Source: Deinococcaceae bacterium
GTDB lineage: Bacteria > Deinococcota > Deinococci > Deinococcales > Trueperaceae
DNA length: 10,363 bases
Direction of reading: 5' to 3'
NCBI GenBank assembly: GCA_040256005.1
Contig: JBDZWC010000105.1
Location: 1-10,363, forward strand
Of this stretch, positions 1-7,906 are shown in pieces; within the stretch, counting starts at the first letter, position 1; each line of letters starts with the position of its first letter. Below the pieces are notes generated by a model. The model ran no database searches. It had not been told where the DNA came from and saw only the letters and a list, made by a program, of their open reading frames with translations. Made by a program: the position numbers and the translations under genes.

Positions 1-1686
1 GAGCACACACCAGTCGAACGCGCCACTACCCGCCATCGCCTCCTGCGTATCGGCGTTCCTAGCCGCGTCGAGCGCGTTCCAGAGGCGACTGCAGATCGTC
101 AGGTCGTAGTAGGCCACGAGGAGGTGCGCGTAGCGTCCGCCCCGCAGAGCTTCCATGCGCATACCGAGCGTGTCCGGTACGCCAAGTAGACCCGAGAGTC
201 CCTCGCGGTCACGCCTGATGCTCAGCCCGGTCATCACAACCGCGGCAGCTCCGAGGTTCAGGCCAGTCCGGAGCAGGAAGGTCAGGAAGCTGCCCAGGAC
301 CGGCTTCGCCTCCAAACCGGCCGAGCCGATCTGGAAGACGTCGGGCACGCTGAAGAAGAGCTGCACCCGCAGCAGCGATGAGCCGACGAAGCCGAGAACC
401 GAACGCGCGTTCACCTGAGCGTCGTCGGGAGCGAACGTGCTTGGCCAGGCCGACCCTGCCGCTAGCAATGTGCCCCATGACGCGAGCAGGAAGCCGGTAG
501 CCAACAGCGCCGCCCAACCGAGTACGCCGCTGCGCAGACGTTCCAGCGATACGAACGGCAAGACACCGCGCTCGATCATCAGCTCGAAGGACGCGCGCGG
601 CGAGATCAGCAGCCACGTCAGCAGCAGCATGCACGCGAGACCTGCTGCGAACGCGATGATTGGCGGGCCCAGCGCGATCACCACCGCCACCGCCACCCCG
701 CTGACCGACAAGGCCGCGATGACTACCGGGCGCAGGCGCGCCTTACTCTCGGACTGCTGCTCCGCGCCGTTCGATAGCTCTTCTAGCGTCTCCTCCAGAG
801 AGTCGCCCCGCGGATCGCCATGTGTGATTCGCATCCTAAGGTAGGGAATCGCCCAATCCCTCAAAGCGAGTAGCGACCGCGTCGTACCGACGGAGTCGTC
901 ACCAGCCGAGCGCCTTCTCAGCAGAACCTCGACAGTGGCGTTTACATCGGCTGTCAACTCGCGGCCCAGATGACCGGCCAGCACGGCGTCGCCTGAGGCT
1001 GCGGCCCGCTCGAGTCGAGTTATCGAATCATCACCTCGACCCAAGCCGTGCGCCCGGTAGAAGGCCGCTCGCATCAGAGTAAGGACGATGCGAACGAAAC
1101 CGATACTGAGAATCAGGCGTGTGAAGAAGACCAGCGACCTGCCGGCGAGGCTGGGCGCATCGCCCGCGAGGCCGAGGTCCAATACGTCGAACAGGTCGAG
1201 GAACAATTCGGTGAACAGCAGGCTGTCGATGGCGTAACGCCACGCCTCCGACCATGACGAGCCGCTCAATAGGCCCGGATAGAACTGCATCACCTTCCGG
1301 AAGAGAACGGCTTGGGCGCACAGGTGGAAGGGCAGGCTGAACGCCGAGATCGCGACAGGAAGATAGGTCACGACCGCAGGACTATCGCGTTTGAGTATGC
1401 CGAACGAGTCACTGGACCTGAGTAGTCGCGCTGCCAACTCTGGCCATACGACCAACCAAGAGAGCAGCGCGAACCCCACAAGCTGCAGGACGAACGACCA
1501 GGCCCCGATTGGGAGCAAGCCGAGGCAGGCCAGGCCGAGCGACGCACCGCCGATCGCCAACCAGAGCCACGTCGGCGTGAGTTGGTAGGCCTCCAGTAGC
1601 GCCCGTAGCTCGACCCTCAGCCCATGCAGGATCGATCCGAGCGTGACCCGCCCGGTACCGCGCCCCGAAGCACTTGGTTCGTTCAA
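1..1686 (-). CDS. Large multi-pass membrane protein with a tandem ~281-aa internal duplication; partial, 3' end lies beyond window position 1
   Basis: Manual translation of the minus frame (codons ending at multiples of 3) shows no stop from beyond 1743 down to 1: MNEPSASGRGTGRVTLGSILHGLRVELRALLEAYQLTPTWLWLAIGGASLGLACLGLLPIGAWSFVLQLVGFALLSWLVVWP...GSGAFDWCVL. It has many hydrophobic helices. Preferred start is TTG at 1686, with GGGGG 7 nt upstream and a TATAGT -10-like box at 1723-1718; ATG 1743 is an alternative. Absent from the ORF track because no stop codon lies in the window. Confidence 0.85.
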   Translation of the reverse strand, partial: MNEPSASGRGTGRVTLGSILHGLRVELRALLEAYQLTPTWLWLAIGGASLGLACLGLLPIGAWSFVLQLVGFALLSWLVVWPELAARLLRSSDSFGILKRDSPAVVTYLPVAISAFSLPFHLCAQAVLFRKVMQFYPGLLSGSSWSEAWRYAIDSLLFTELFLDLFDVLDLGLAGDAPSLAGRSLVFFTRLILSIGFVRIVLTLMRAAFYRAHGLGRGDDSITRLERAAASGDAVLAGHLGRELTADVNATVEVLLRRRSAGDDSVGTTRSLLALRDWAIPYLRMRITHGDPRGDSLEETLEELSNGAEQQSESKARLRPVVIAALSVSGVAVAVVIALGPPIIAFAAGLACMLLLTWLLISPRASFELMIERGVLPFVSLERLRSGVLGWAALLATGFLLASWGTLLAAGSAWPSTFAPDDAQVNARSVLGFVGSSLLRVQLFFSVPDVFQIGSAGLEAKPVLGSFLTFLLRTGLNLGAAAVVMTGLSIRRDREGLSGLLGVPDTLGMRMEALRGGRYAHLLVAYYDLTICSRLWNALDAARNADTQEAMAGSGAFDWCVL

Positions 1687-1777
1687 AGCTGCGCCCCCAA
1701 ATTGGTGACTTCGCGACACTATACGAGGCTCTTCTGGTCGCATCGCCGGGAGAGTGTGGTCCGCTACTCTGGAGCCG

Positions 1778-2269
1778 ATGAACGGGGGCCACCGAGATGT
1801 CAACGCCATCCCAGCCATGACGAAACCGACGTTCGTTCCCGCTGACTTCGAACCGCCCACGGTGCTCGTCACTGAACACTTCCGCCTCGAACCGCTGGGC
1901 CCGCAGCACAACGAGTCCGACCACAAGGCGTGGACATCGAGCATCGAGCACATCAGGTCCACTCCCGGCTATCCGGACGGACGGTGGCCGCCAGAGGGCG
2001 GCATGACGCTCGAGGAGAACCGGTCCGACCTGGAGCGCCACGCTGCGGACTTCGTCGCCAGGAAGGGTTTCACCTTCACCGTGTTGGACCCGGATGGGGG
2101 AGACGTGATCGGTTGCGTTTACATGTACCCGAGCAAGGATCCTCAGTACGACGTACATGTCCAGTCGTGGGTAAGTGCTGATCGGGCGCATCTGGACGGG
2201 CAGTTAGCGGAAACGGTGTCCGCTTGGATCAAGGCGGCGTGGCCGTGGGAGCGCTTGCTCTACAGATAG
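1778..2269 (+). CDS. GNAT-fold N-acetyltransferase-like protein (RimJ/RimL-like)
   Basis: FVPADFEPP..L.TEHFRLEPLGPQHNESDHKAWTSSIEHIR..PG, and F..RKGFTFTVLDP....VIGCVYMYP...V.VQSWV, match a widespread GNAT-like family as I recall it. Start is either ATG 1778 (TACTCT 7 nt upstream) or ATG 1817 (MTKPTFVP). Confidence 0.8.
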   Translation: MNGGHRDVNAIPAMTKPTFVPADFEPPTVLVTEHFRLEPLGPQHNESDHKAWTSSIEHIRSTPGYPDGRWPPEGGMTLEENRSDLERHAADFVARKGFTFTVLDPDGGDVIGCVYMYPSKDPQYDVHVQSWVSADRAHLDGQLAETVSAWIKAAWPWERLLYR

Positions 2270-2284
2270 GGAAGAGGCCCGGCG

Positions 2285-2498
2285 CTACGTCGTGAGAGCC
2301 AATGCCGCTTCGTTGTCCACTTCCGTGCCCACCCAAGCCTCGGTGCAGCCGAGTCGGTTGCCGTGCACGAGCATGAACTCCATCAAACGCCGGCCGATTC
2401 CCAGCCGCCTATGCGTGCTGGCTACGCCGAGCTCGTTGCTGAAAATCTGAAGCGGCTTTCCGGGTGACCAGGTAGATCGGAACTCGCCCCAAGGCCAT
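2285..2498 (-). pseudogene. Degenerate GNAT acetyltransferase, C-terminal half
   Basis: Minus strand reads KPLQIFSNELGVASTHRRLGIGRRLMEFMLVHGNRLGCTEAWVGTEVDNEAALAL then stop, containing GNAT motif A (R-R-x-G-I-G) and N-x-x-A. The upstream 'IYL-HP(D)KP' segment is broken by frameshifts (cac ccg ga- aag ccg) and the N-terminal half is missing. Confidence 0.75.
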
Positions 2499-3715
2499 CA
2501 GCTCAGGTGCCCGGTGACGACCGCGTCAAGCCTCTCGAGAACCTGCCTGGAGCCTTCGACCGCACCGAACTCCTCAACATGCTTGCGCCTCTCGTCCTCC
2601 GACGCGTAGCGGGTCGTCAGCGTCACGCGGGTCGCGCTGTCCTCGGGTTCCAGCGTGAACACCGCACGGTACGGCTCCAGGCCGAGGCTTTCGGAGCCGA
2701 GCTGCGTGAACACGATTCGCACGAAGGGCTCGACGCTCTCGAACTCGTAGACGTTGTCGTAGACGGTGCCATCAGGGCCGCGCATGGCCACGACGAAGCG
2801 GCCGCCGTAACGGATGTCCAGCTCATGGACGTCGCTCGTGAAACCTTCCGGACCCCACCATCTGGCGATCTTGTCGCGCTCCGTCCAAGCCTCCCAGATA
2901 CTTTGAACTGGCGCTTCGATGATCCTCTCCGTGGTGAGGCGCAGTGGATCCGAGGAGACAGCCGCTTGCCGCAGCAGTTCGAGCTGGCCCACGTACGTCA
3001 TGGCCTCGGCGAGGGGTCCCTGTAGGAGGCGCGTTGGTGTGTGAGGAGGCTTCCACCGGACGCGGCCGACTTCCTGGGCAAGGTCGAAGATGACGTCCCG
3101 CAGGGCCGCTGCTTCCTCGTCCAACGTCGGCAGTGGGTCTGCGACGTATGTCTCACCAACAAGATCGGCGCGCGCGGCGCCGATCACGCTACGCATGAGT
3201 CGCACCAATCGCTTGGGCGTGCGGGACTCCTGGCCGACCGTGAACCCAGCGAAGCCGGGCGGGGCACTGCCCAGAGCCTCGAGCGAACGGTACGCGAGGT
3301 TCCCGAGGTACCCCTTCAGGAGCTCAAGGTCAGCGGCCGTTGGCTGCGTATCCGATGCCGCCTCCATGATCTCGAGTCGGTTCCCGAAAGGGTCGTGCAC
3401 GTAGAAGCGGCGAACGCCTGGGTAGCGATCGTCCCACTCGACCTCGGAGCCGTACGATCGAAGTAGCACGGCCAACCAGTCCAGGTCCCGGTAGAGCAGC
3501 GCCGGATGTGCCTTGCGGGCAGGTGCGAAGGCGCGCTCTACGCCTAGGTGGAGCTCTACATCACCCGATTTGAACCAGGCTCCGCCGTTCGCCACCAGCA
3601 TGGCCGGCTTCGGAACCTCGGAGAGGCCGAGGACGCCCGCGTAGAACTCGCGCGCTCGGTCCTCCCCGCCTTCGGGCATGGCCAGCTGCACGTGATCGAG
3701 GGCAATCGGTTGCAT
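2498..3715 (-). CDS. Three-domain fusion: VOC/glyoxalase + DinB-like helical domain + SRPBCC (AHSA1/START-like)
   Basis: N-terminus LDHVQLAMP...AREFYAGVLGL.E..KP...ELHLG...KAHPAL...RFYVHDPFGNRLEI is VOC. Middle LAYR...AP..FA.F...RTP...LLQGPLAEAMTYVGQL.LLR is DinB-like. C-terminus ERIIEAPVQSIWEAWTE...WWGPEGF...D.R.GG.F...M.GPDG is SRPBCC. Start placed at ATG 3715 (MQPIALDH); 405 aa. Confidence 0.85.
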   Translation of the reverse strand: MQPIALDHVQLAMPEGGEDRAREFYAGVLGLSEVPKPAMLVANGGAWFKSGDVELHLGVERAFAPARKAHPALLYRDLDWLAVLLRSYGSEVEWDDRYPGVRRFYVHDPFGNRLEIMEAASDTQPTAADLELLKGYLGNLAYRSLEALGSAPPGFAGFTVGQESRTPKRLVRLMRSVIGAARADLVGETYVADPLPTLDEEAAALRDVIFDLAQEVGRVRWKPPHTPTRLLQGPLAEAMTYVGQLELLRQAAVSSDPLRLTTERIIEAPVQSIWEAWTERDKIARWWGPEGFTSDVHELDIRYGGRFVVAMRGPDGTVYDNVYEFESVEPFVRIVFTQLGSESLGLEPYRAVFTLEPEDSATRVTLTTRYASEDERRKHVEEFGAVEGSRQVLERLDAVVTGHLS

Positions 3716-3868
3716 GGCTTGGTACACGATACCTGGAACCCTGCTGTTGCTCCGGACCAGCCGAAGCGCTACAGGCCGTACCACCTGGCTCCGACGCTAT
3801 TGGGAGCGGCGTTCCTGCAGTGACTTGGCTACGCGTGTGACCCGTCTAGCCGAATCGGGCCCTCTTCA

Positions 3869-4312
3869 TCAACCATGCTCCAACGAGTTCCCGACCCGCT
3901 TAAGCCCGGCCTTCGAGGCGAGTTCGTTGAGGAACCTTTCTCGATCCGCGGGGGAGATCATCACCGTGCCGGTCAGGCCGGGACCGGACACGATGCTCAG
4001 CCTGTCCATAGACAGCGCCGGCGAGGCCAAGGGGTTGCGAGTCGGTTCGACCTTCGTGATGTCAGCCAGTGGGATGCGGGTTCGGACCAGGCCGAATCTC
4101 ACGAGCAAGTGCTTGTCGTTCAGGCCGTAACGCGTGGGGTACACCAGTCCGAAGAGGACGCCTAGGACGAGAACGGATGCCACCACGGCGCCAACGAGGT
4201 CGTCGTTGGAGCCTGACGTCAGCGCCACGATCCAAGCCACGACGACAGCAACGGGCATCGCCCAGATGAGAACCGCCAGCCACCAATCCACTTTCGATGG
4301 GTACCAACTCAT
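3869..4312 (-). CDS. Membrane protein with bacterial PH domain (bPH_4-like)
   Basis: MSWYPSKVDWWL, two TM helices, then TRY.L....L.VRFGL....IPL.DI.KV.PT.NPLASPALS.DRL.I and ISP.DRE.F. GGAGG lies 10 nt upstream of ATG 4312, so the longer ORF-track start at 4552 is unlikely. Confidence 0.85.
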   Translation of the reverse strand: MSWYPSKVDWWLAVLIWAMPVAVVVAWIVALTSGSNDDLVGAVVASVLVLGVLFGLVYPTRYGLNDKHLLVRFGLVRTRIPLADITKVEPTRNPLASPALSMDRLSIVSGPGLTGTVMISPADRERFLNELASKAGLKRVGNSLEHG

Positions 4313-4517
4313 TCGGTTGGACCTCCATTCTGAGAGTACGGTACTCGGTGACGGTTCCCCACATTCGCAGCCTCTTGACGCCCGCCTTGGTGAGCACGTA
4401 CGCGGACAAGACGGGCGCGTCGGCGAGAATGGAGGGCGGCCCACTAAGCACTGTCGCGTAGACGGACTGCAGGTCGGGCTTATCATCGCTTCGAAAGGTA
4501 TCAACGAGGGGACACCG

Positions 4518-5822
4518 ATGATCTGGCGCGTGGTCTTGAGTTTCGCCGTCATAGCTCTCTTGGCTCGCGTCCACGCGGCCGGTCAAGAGGCGTGCGTAGG
4601 GGGTCCTGGCCGACACGCGCAAAGCGTCGGCGGCGAGGTAAAGGGTGAGAACGACCTCTCGATTCGCGTGGCTAATGGCCTGAGTCTGGTCCTGCAACGC
4701 TCTTCACACGGCTGGCGGGTATCGGTTCTGGAGCGGGAGTCCAACGACCTGGTACCGGCCGGACCTTCCGGTCCTGACATCAAGCCGCGGGACATAGAGG
4801 GGTGGCACTTCCGGAACGCCGACAACACGGGCCCGAACTCCGGCGAGATCAACGCGCCCCAGCTCGTGCGCCGCTTCTCGTTCGTCCCTCCTGGTGAAAC
4901 GCATGGCACTACCGGCACCGTTGCCCTCGTCATCTCCGAGTTCGGACTGGCGAACCTTGCGCCGGGACAGCGGGCTTCGATGGTCGACCTGCGGTTCGAT
5001 GCCTGCCTGACCTGGCCGCTGGCGGAGGCCGAGGTCCCGGTTGAGCCTGGAGCCGCCAATCTAGAGTTCCTGCCCGAGGAGATCGAGGTGATGCGTGCCT
5101 GCGGCGTCAGCGAAGAGTACTCTCTCGTGGCCAGGTTCCCACTGCGCCTGTTAGCCGGCGACTTGATAGTCCTCGAGGCAGCTAATGGCTCGCTTCGCAG
5201 CCTTCACTGGGATGGCGCAGGGTTCGTCGTCCACCATCACCGAGGGAGTCGCCTACCGACTCAGGACGAGTCCGTCGTTCTCTTATACGTGATAGCGGCC
5301 AAGGGCGCGGAGTGTGGTCTGTTGCGCCCGTGGGAGGCTGCCAACGTACAGGCGATGGTCGACCAGGAGACCCTCGGTTGGGAAGATTCGAGGTCGCGAT
5401 CCGTGGAGGCCGCGTCTCGCAATAGGCTTGCCGAGACGCTCTGCGACGCCTCGTTCCTAACCGCCTGGATCGAAGGCGCCAGGGCCGGCATGGAGGCCGA
5501 GTACCTCTCGTTGCATCTGGTCGTCTACCGGACGCTCCTGTCGATGCCGGCCCCGCCCGCGTGGTTCAGCGACACGGTCACTCGCACGAACGCCGAGGCC
5601 GACATCGCGGTGATAAGCGAGAAACTGACAGCTCTGGAGGCGTCGGGTGCCCGTCCCGACGGCGGTGGCCCGTGGACCGAGTTCGTCTCGACCACCAGTG
5701 CCGCGGTGGAGCGGTTCGCGCCCCTACTCGACGAAGGCGAAGCGCCACCGGACGTCGCGTTCCTGCTTCCGCGCTCCGTAGTCATCGCCGAGCTGTGGTT
5801 GGCCGACAACGAGCTGGACTAG
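4518..5822 (+). CDS. Secreted hypothetical protein, probably multi-domain
   Basis: GAGGGG RBS precedes ATG 4518. The N-terminus MIWRVVLSFAVIALLARVHA|AG looks like a Sec signal peptide. Contains a conserved-looking PRDIEGWHFRNADNTGPN.G.INAPQ motif. The ORF-track extension to 4134 overlaps the PH gene in antisense and is rejected. Confidence 0.7.
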   Translation: MIWRVVLSFAVIALLARVHAAGQEACVGGPGRHAQSVGGEVKGENDLSIRVANGLSLVLQRSSHGWRVSVLERESNDLVPAGPSGPDIKPRDIEGWHFRNADNTGPNSGEINAPQLVRRFSFVPPGETHGTTGTVALVISEFGLANLAPGQRASMVDLRFDACLTWPLAEAEVPVEPGAANLEFLPEEIEVMRACGVSEEYSLVARFPLRLLAGDLIVLEAANGSLRSLHWDGAGFVVHHHRGSRLPTQDESVVLLYVIAAKGAECGLLRPWEAANVQAMVDQETLGWEDSRSRSVEAASRNRLAETLCDASFLTAWIEGARAGMEAEYLSLHLVVYRTLLSMPAPPAWFSDTVTRTNAEADIAVISEKLTALEASGARPDGGGPWTEFVSTTSAAVERFAPLLDEGEAPPDVAFLLPRSVVIAELWLADNELD

Positions 5823-5847
5823 CCGGACTCCCCGCCCACCGTGGCCG

Positions 5848-6486
5848 TCACTCGAACACGACGGTCTCTTGGCCGACCTCGAGCTGCCCGTACTTGAGTC
5901 CGCCCACTCGTTCGTAGACCGTCAAAAGCGCGCCTGTGGCGGTGGCCTGCGTCTCGACGAGACGAAAACCACGTGGCATGGTCCCCGAGCCGAACAGTTT
6001 CTTGCCTGCGCCAAGCGTGACAGGGAACTGCCAGATGCGCAGGGTGTCTACCAGGTCTTGAGCCAGGAGAGTCTGCAGTAGATCGCTACTGCCGTGCACC
6101 TGGATCTCGCCGCCGTCTTGTTCCTTCAACGCCCTGACTGCGGCGGGGACGTCGCCTTGGAGCAGGCTGGAGTTCTGCCATTCGACGGTTTTGAGGGTAC
6201 GTGAAGCGACGTGCTTGGGCCTGGTGTTGAGTGCGACGGCGGACTGGTCCTGCGGGTCGGTCGAGTTGGGCCACGACGCTGCGAAGATCTCGTACGTCTT
6301 GCGCCCTAGCAGGAACGCGCCGGCCCGTAAGGTCCACGCCGTCATGCTGTTGACGAAGTCATCGTCCGCGAACGGGACGAGCCAGCCGCCGTGATCGAAC
6401 CCGCCCTCACGGTCCTCGTCGGGCGCGCCGGGTCCCTGCATGACCCCGTCTAACGTCGTGAAGGCGCCGACCACTAGTCTTCGCAT
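5848..6486 (-). CDS. Dihydrofolate reductase family protein (RibD C-terminal domain)
   Basis: MRRLVVGAFTTLDGVMQGPG.P.ED..GGF.HGGW, LLGRKTYEIFA..WP, LN..PK.VASRTL, I.VHGS..L.QTLL..DLVD, PV.LG.GKKLF. Confidence 0.93.
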   Translation of the reverse strand: MRRLVVGAFTTLDGVMQGPGAPDEDREGGFDHGGWLVPFADDDFVNSMTAWTLRAGAFLLGRKTYEIFAASWPNSTDPQDQSAVALNTRPKHVASRTLKTVEWQNSSLLQGDVPAAVRALKEQDGGEIQVHGSSDLLQTLLAQDLVDTLRIWQFPVTLGAGKKLFGSGTMPRGFRLVETQATATGALLTVYERVGGLKYGQLEVGQETVVFE

Positions 6487-6492
6487 GCGTCC

Positions 6493-6498
6493 ACTCTA
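6493..6498 (-). promoter_or_regulatory. -10 box (TAGAGT) of a probable leaderless transcript for the DHFR-family gene
   Basis: Minus strand reads TAGAGT-ggacgc-ATG: TANNNT 6 nt before the start codon, leaving no room for a leader. Confidence 0.5.
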
Positions 6499-6571
6499 AG
6501 CAAGTGGCTATGAGGCGCTGGTGGTGAACAGCTACCCGAGAGTCCGCTAGCATCGCGGCAATGGAGCCAAT

Positions 6572-7906
6572 GTGGACGCGCTGCTCGACTCATCGGCTGT
6601 AGCCATCGCGCGCGCAATACGCTCACGTGAGGTGACCTCGCGCGAGGTCACGCTCGCCTTCCTAAAGCGCATCCGCGAGCGAAATCCGGCGATCAACGCT
6701 GCCGTGCAGATAGCTAATGAGCGGGCACTCGCCGAGGCAGCGAAGGTGGACGCGGCATTGGCTCGCGGTGAACCAGAAAGGCCGTTCCTCGGCGTGCCAA
6801 TCACCGTCAAGGACGTCTTCGACACCGAGGGCATCGTCACGGCCGTCGGCCTGACGGAGCGCCGCGAGTTCGTACCTGATTGTGACGCGGTCGCCGTTGC
6901 GCGTTTGCGCGCCGCGGGCGCAATACTCATCGCGAAGTCCAACTGCCCAGAAGGCGGCGCCGGTGGCGCCACGGACAACCCGGTTTACGGCCGCACCAAG
7001 AACCCGTACGACCTCGCGCGCACCCCGGGCGGCAGCAGCGGTGGCGAAGCGGCGCTACTCGGCGCTGGTTGCTCGCCGCTGGGTCTCGGAAGCGACTCGG
7101 GCGGCAGCATCCGGCTGCCGGCTCACTACTGCGGCGTGGCGGGGCTGAAGCCGACCGCAGGCCGCGTTCCCAATACGGGTGCCTACGACCATCCGGGCGG
7201 GCTAAGCGACGTCAGAACTCAGATCGGCCCCATGTCCCGCCACGTGGAGGATCTGTACCCGGCGCTCAAGGTGATAGCGGGCCCCGACTGGCACGACTCG
7301 GGCGTGGTCGACATGCCGCTGTTGGAGCCAGGAGACGTTTCCATCGCCGGTCTACGCGTCGCGTACATCGAGGACGACGGTGTCTCCCGGCCGACCAAAG
7401 AGACCCGCGAGACGGTCGAAGCGACTGCTCGGCTCCTGGCCGAGGCTGGCGCAGCCGTCGAGCGGGCTATGCCAGACCTCGCCGACGTATGGCCCATAAC
7501 CAGAGCGTTCTGGCAGCTGGACGATGCGAGCGGGGAAGAGGTAGGCGAGCTGTATACGCGCTGGGACGGGTTCCGTAGCCGAATGCTCGGTTTCATGCGG
7601 GGATACGACGCGATCTTGTGTCCGGTCGACCGGCATCCGGCGCCTCTGCGCGGGGTCGACGACCCTGAGCGGTTCTCTTACACCCTTGCGTACAGCCTCA
7701 CAGGCTGGCCCTGTGCCGTTGCTAGAGCCGGAACCTCGCCTGGGAACCTGCCTATCGGGATTCAGGTCGTTGCGCGCCCGTGGAGGGAAGACGTCGCCTT
7801 GGCGGTTGCTCAGTGCATAGAAGTGTCGCGTGATGGCTGGCGCCCCCCAGCGTTCATCAGTTCCGCCGCTAGTTCGAGGGGTACTGGCCATACGTCGGCT
7901 GCCTGA
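6572..7906 (+). CDS. Amidase-signature family amidase
   Basis: GVPITVKD (catalytic Lys), PGGSSGGEAA, LGSDSGGSIRLPAHYCGVAGLKPT (Ser-cisSer-Lys triad), C-terminal LPIGIQVVARPWREDVAL. GTG start with GGAG 5 nt upstream. Confidence 0.95.
   Translation: MDALLDSSAVAIARAIRSREVTSREVTLAFLKRIRERNPAINAAVQIANERALAEAAKVDAALARGEPERPFLGVPITVKDVFDTEGIVTAVGLTERREFVPDCDAVAVARLRAAGAILIAKSNCPEGGAGGATDNPVYGRTKNPYDLARTPGGSSGGEAALLGAGCSPLGLGSDSGGSIRLPAHYCGVAGLKPTAGRVPNTGAYDHPGGLSDVRTQIGPMSRHVEDLYPALKVIAGPDWHDSGVVDMPLLEPGDVSIAGLRVAYIEDDGVSRPTKETRETVEATARLLAEAGAAVERAMPDLADVWPITRAFWQLDDASGEEVGELYTRWDGFRSRMLGFMRGYDAILCPVDRHPAPLRGVDDPERFSYTLAYSLTGWPCAVARAGTSPGNLPIGIQVVARPWREDVALAVAQCIEVSRDGWRPPAFISSAASSRGTGHTSAA

Noticed and set aside
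155..1588. ORF-track entries 155-418, 209-634, 437-844, 1031-1321, 1048-1257 and 1391-1588
   Set aside because: They are antisense or off-frame shadows of the long minus-strand membrane protein gene and have S/R/P-rich, non-protein-like composition.
1409..2191. 260-aa minus-strand ORF
   Set aside because: It is the antisense of the GNAT-like gene and overlaps the membrane protein in another frame; no motifs.
4134..4517. N-terminal extension of the 562-aa ORF, and the 4313-4552 extension of the PH gene
   Set aside because: The extensions overlap each other in antisense; better RBS-supported starts exist at 4518 (+) and 4312 (-).
6572..7906. Amidase as gatA
   Set aside because: No gatB or gatC neighbours, and I do not see GatA-specific features; it is a generic amidase-signature enzyme.
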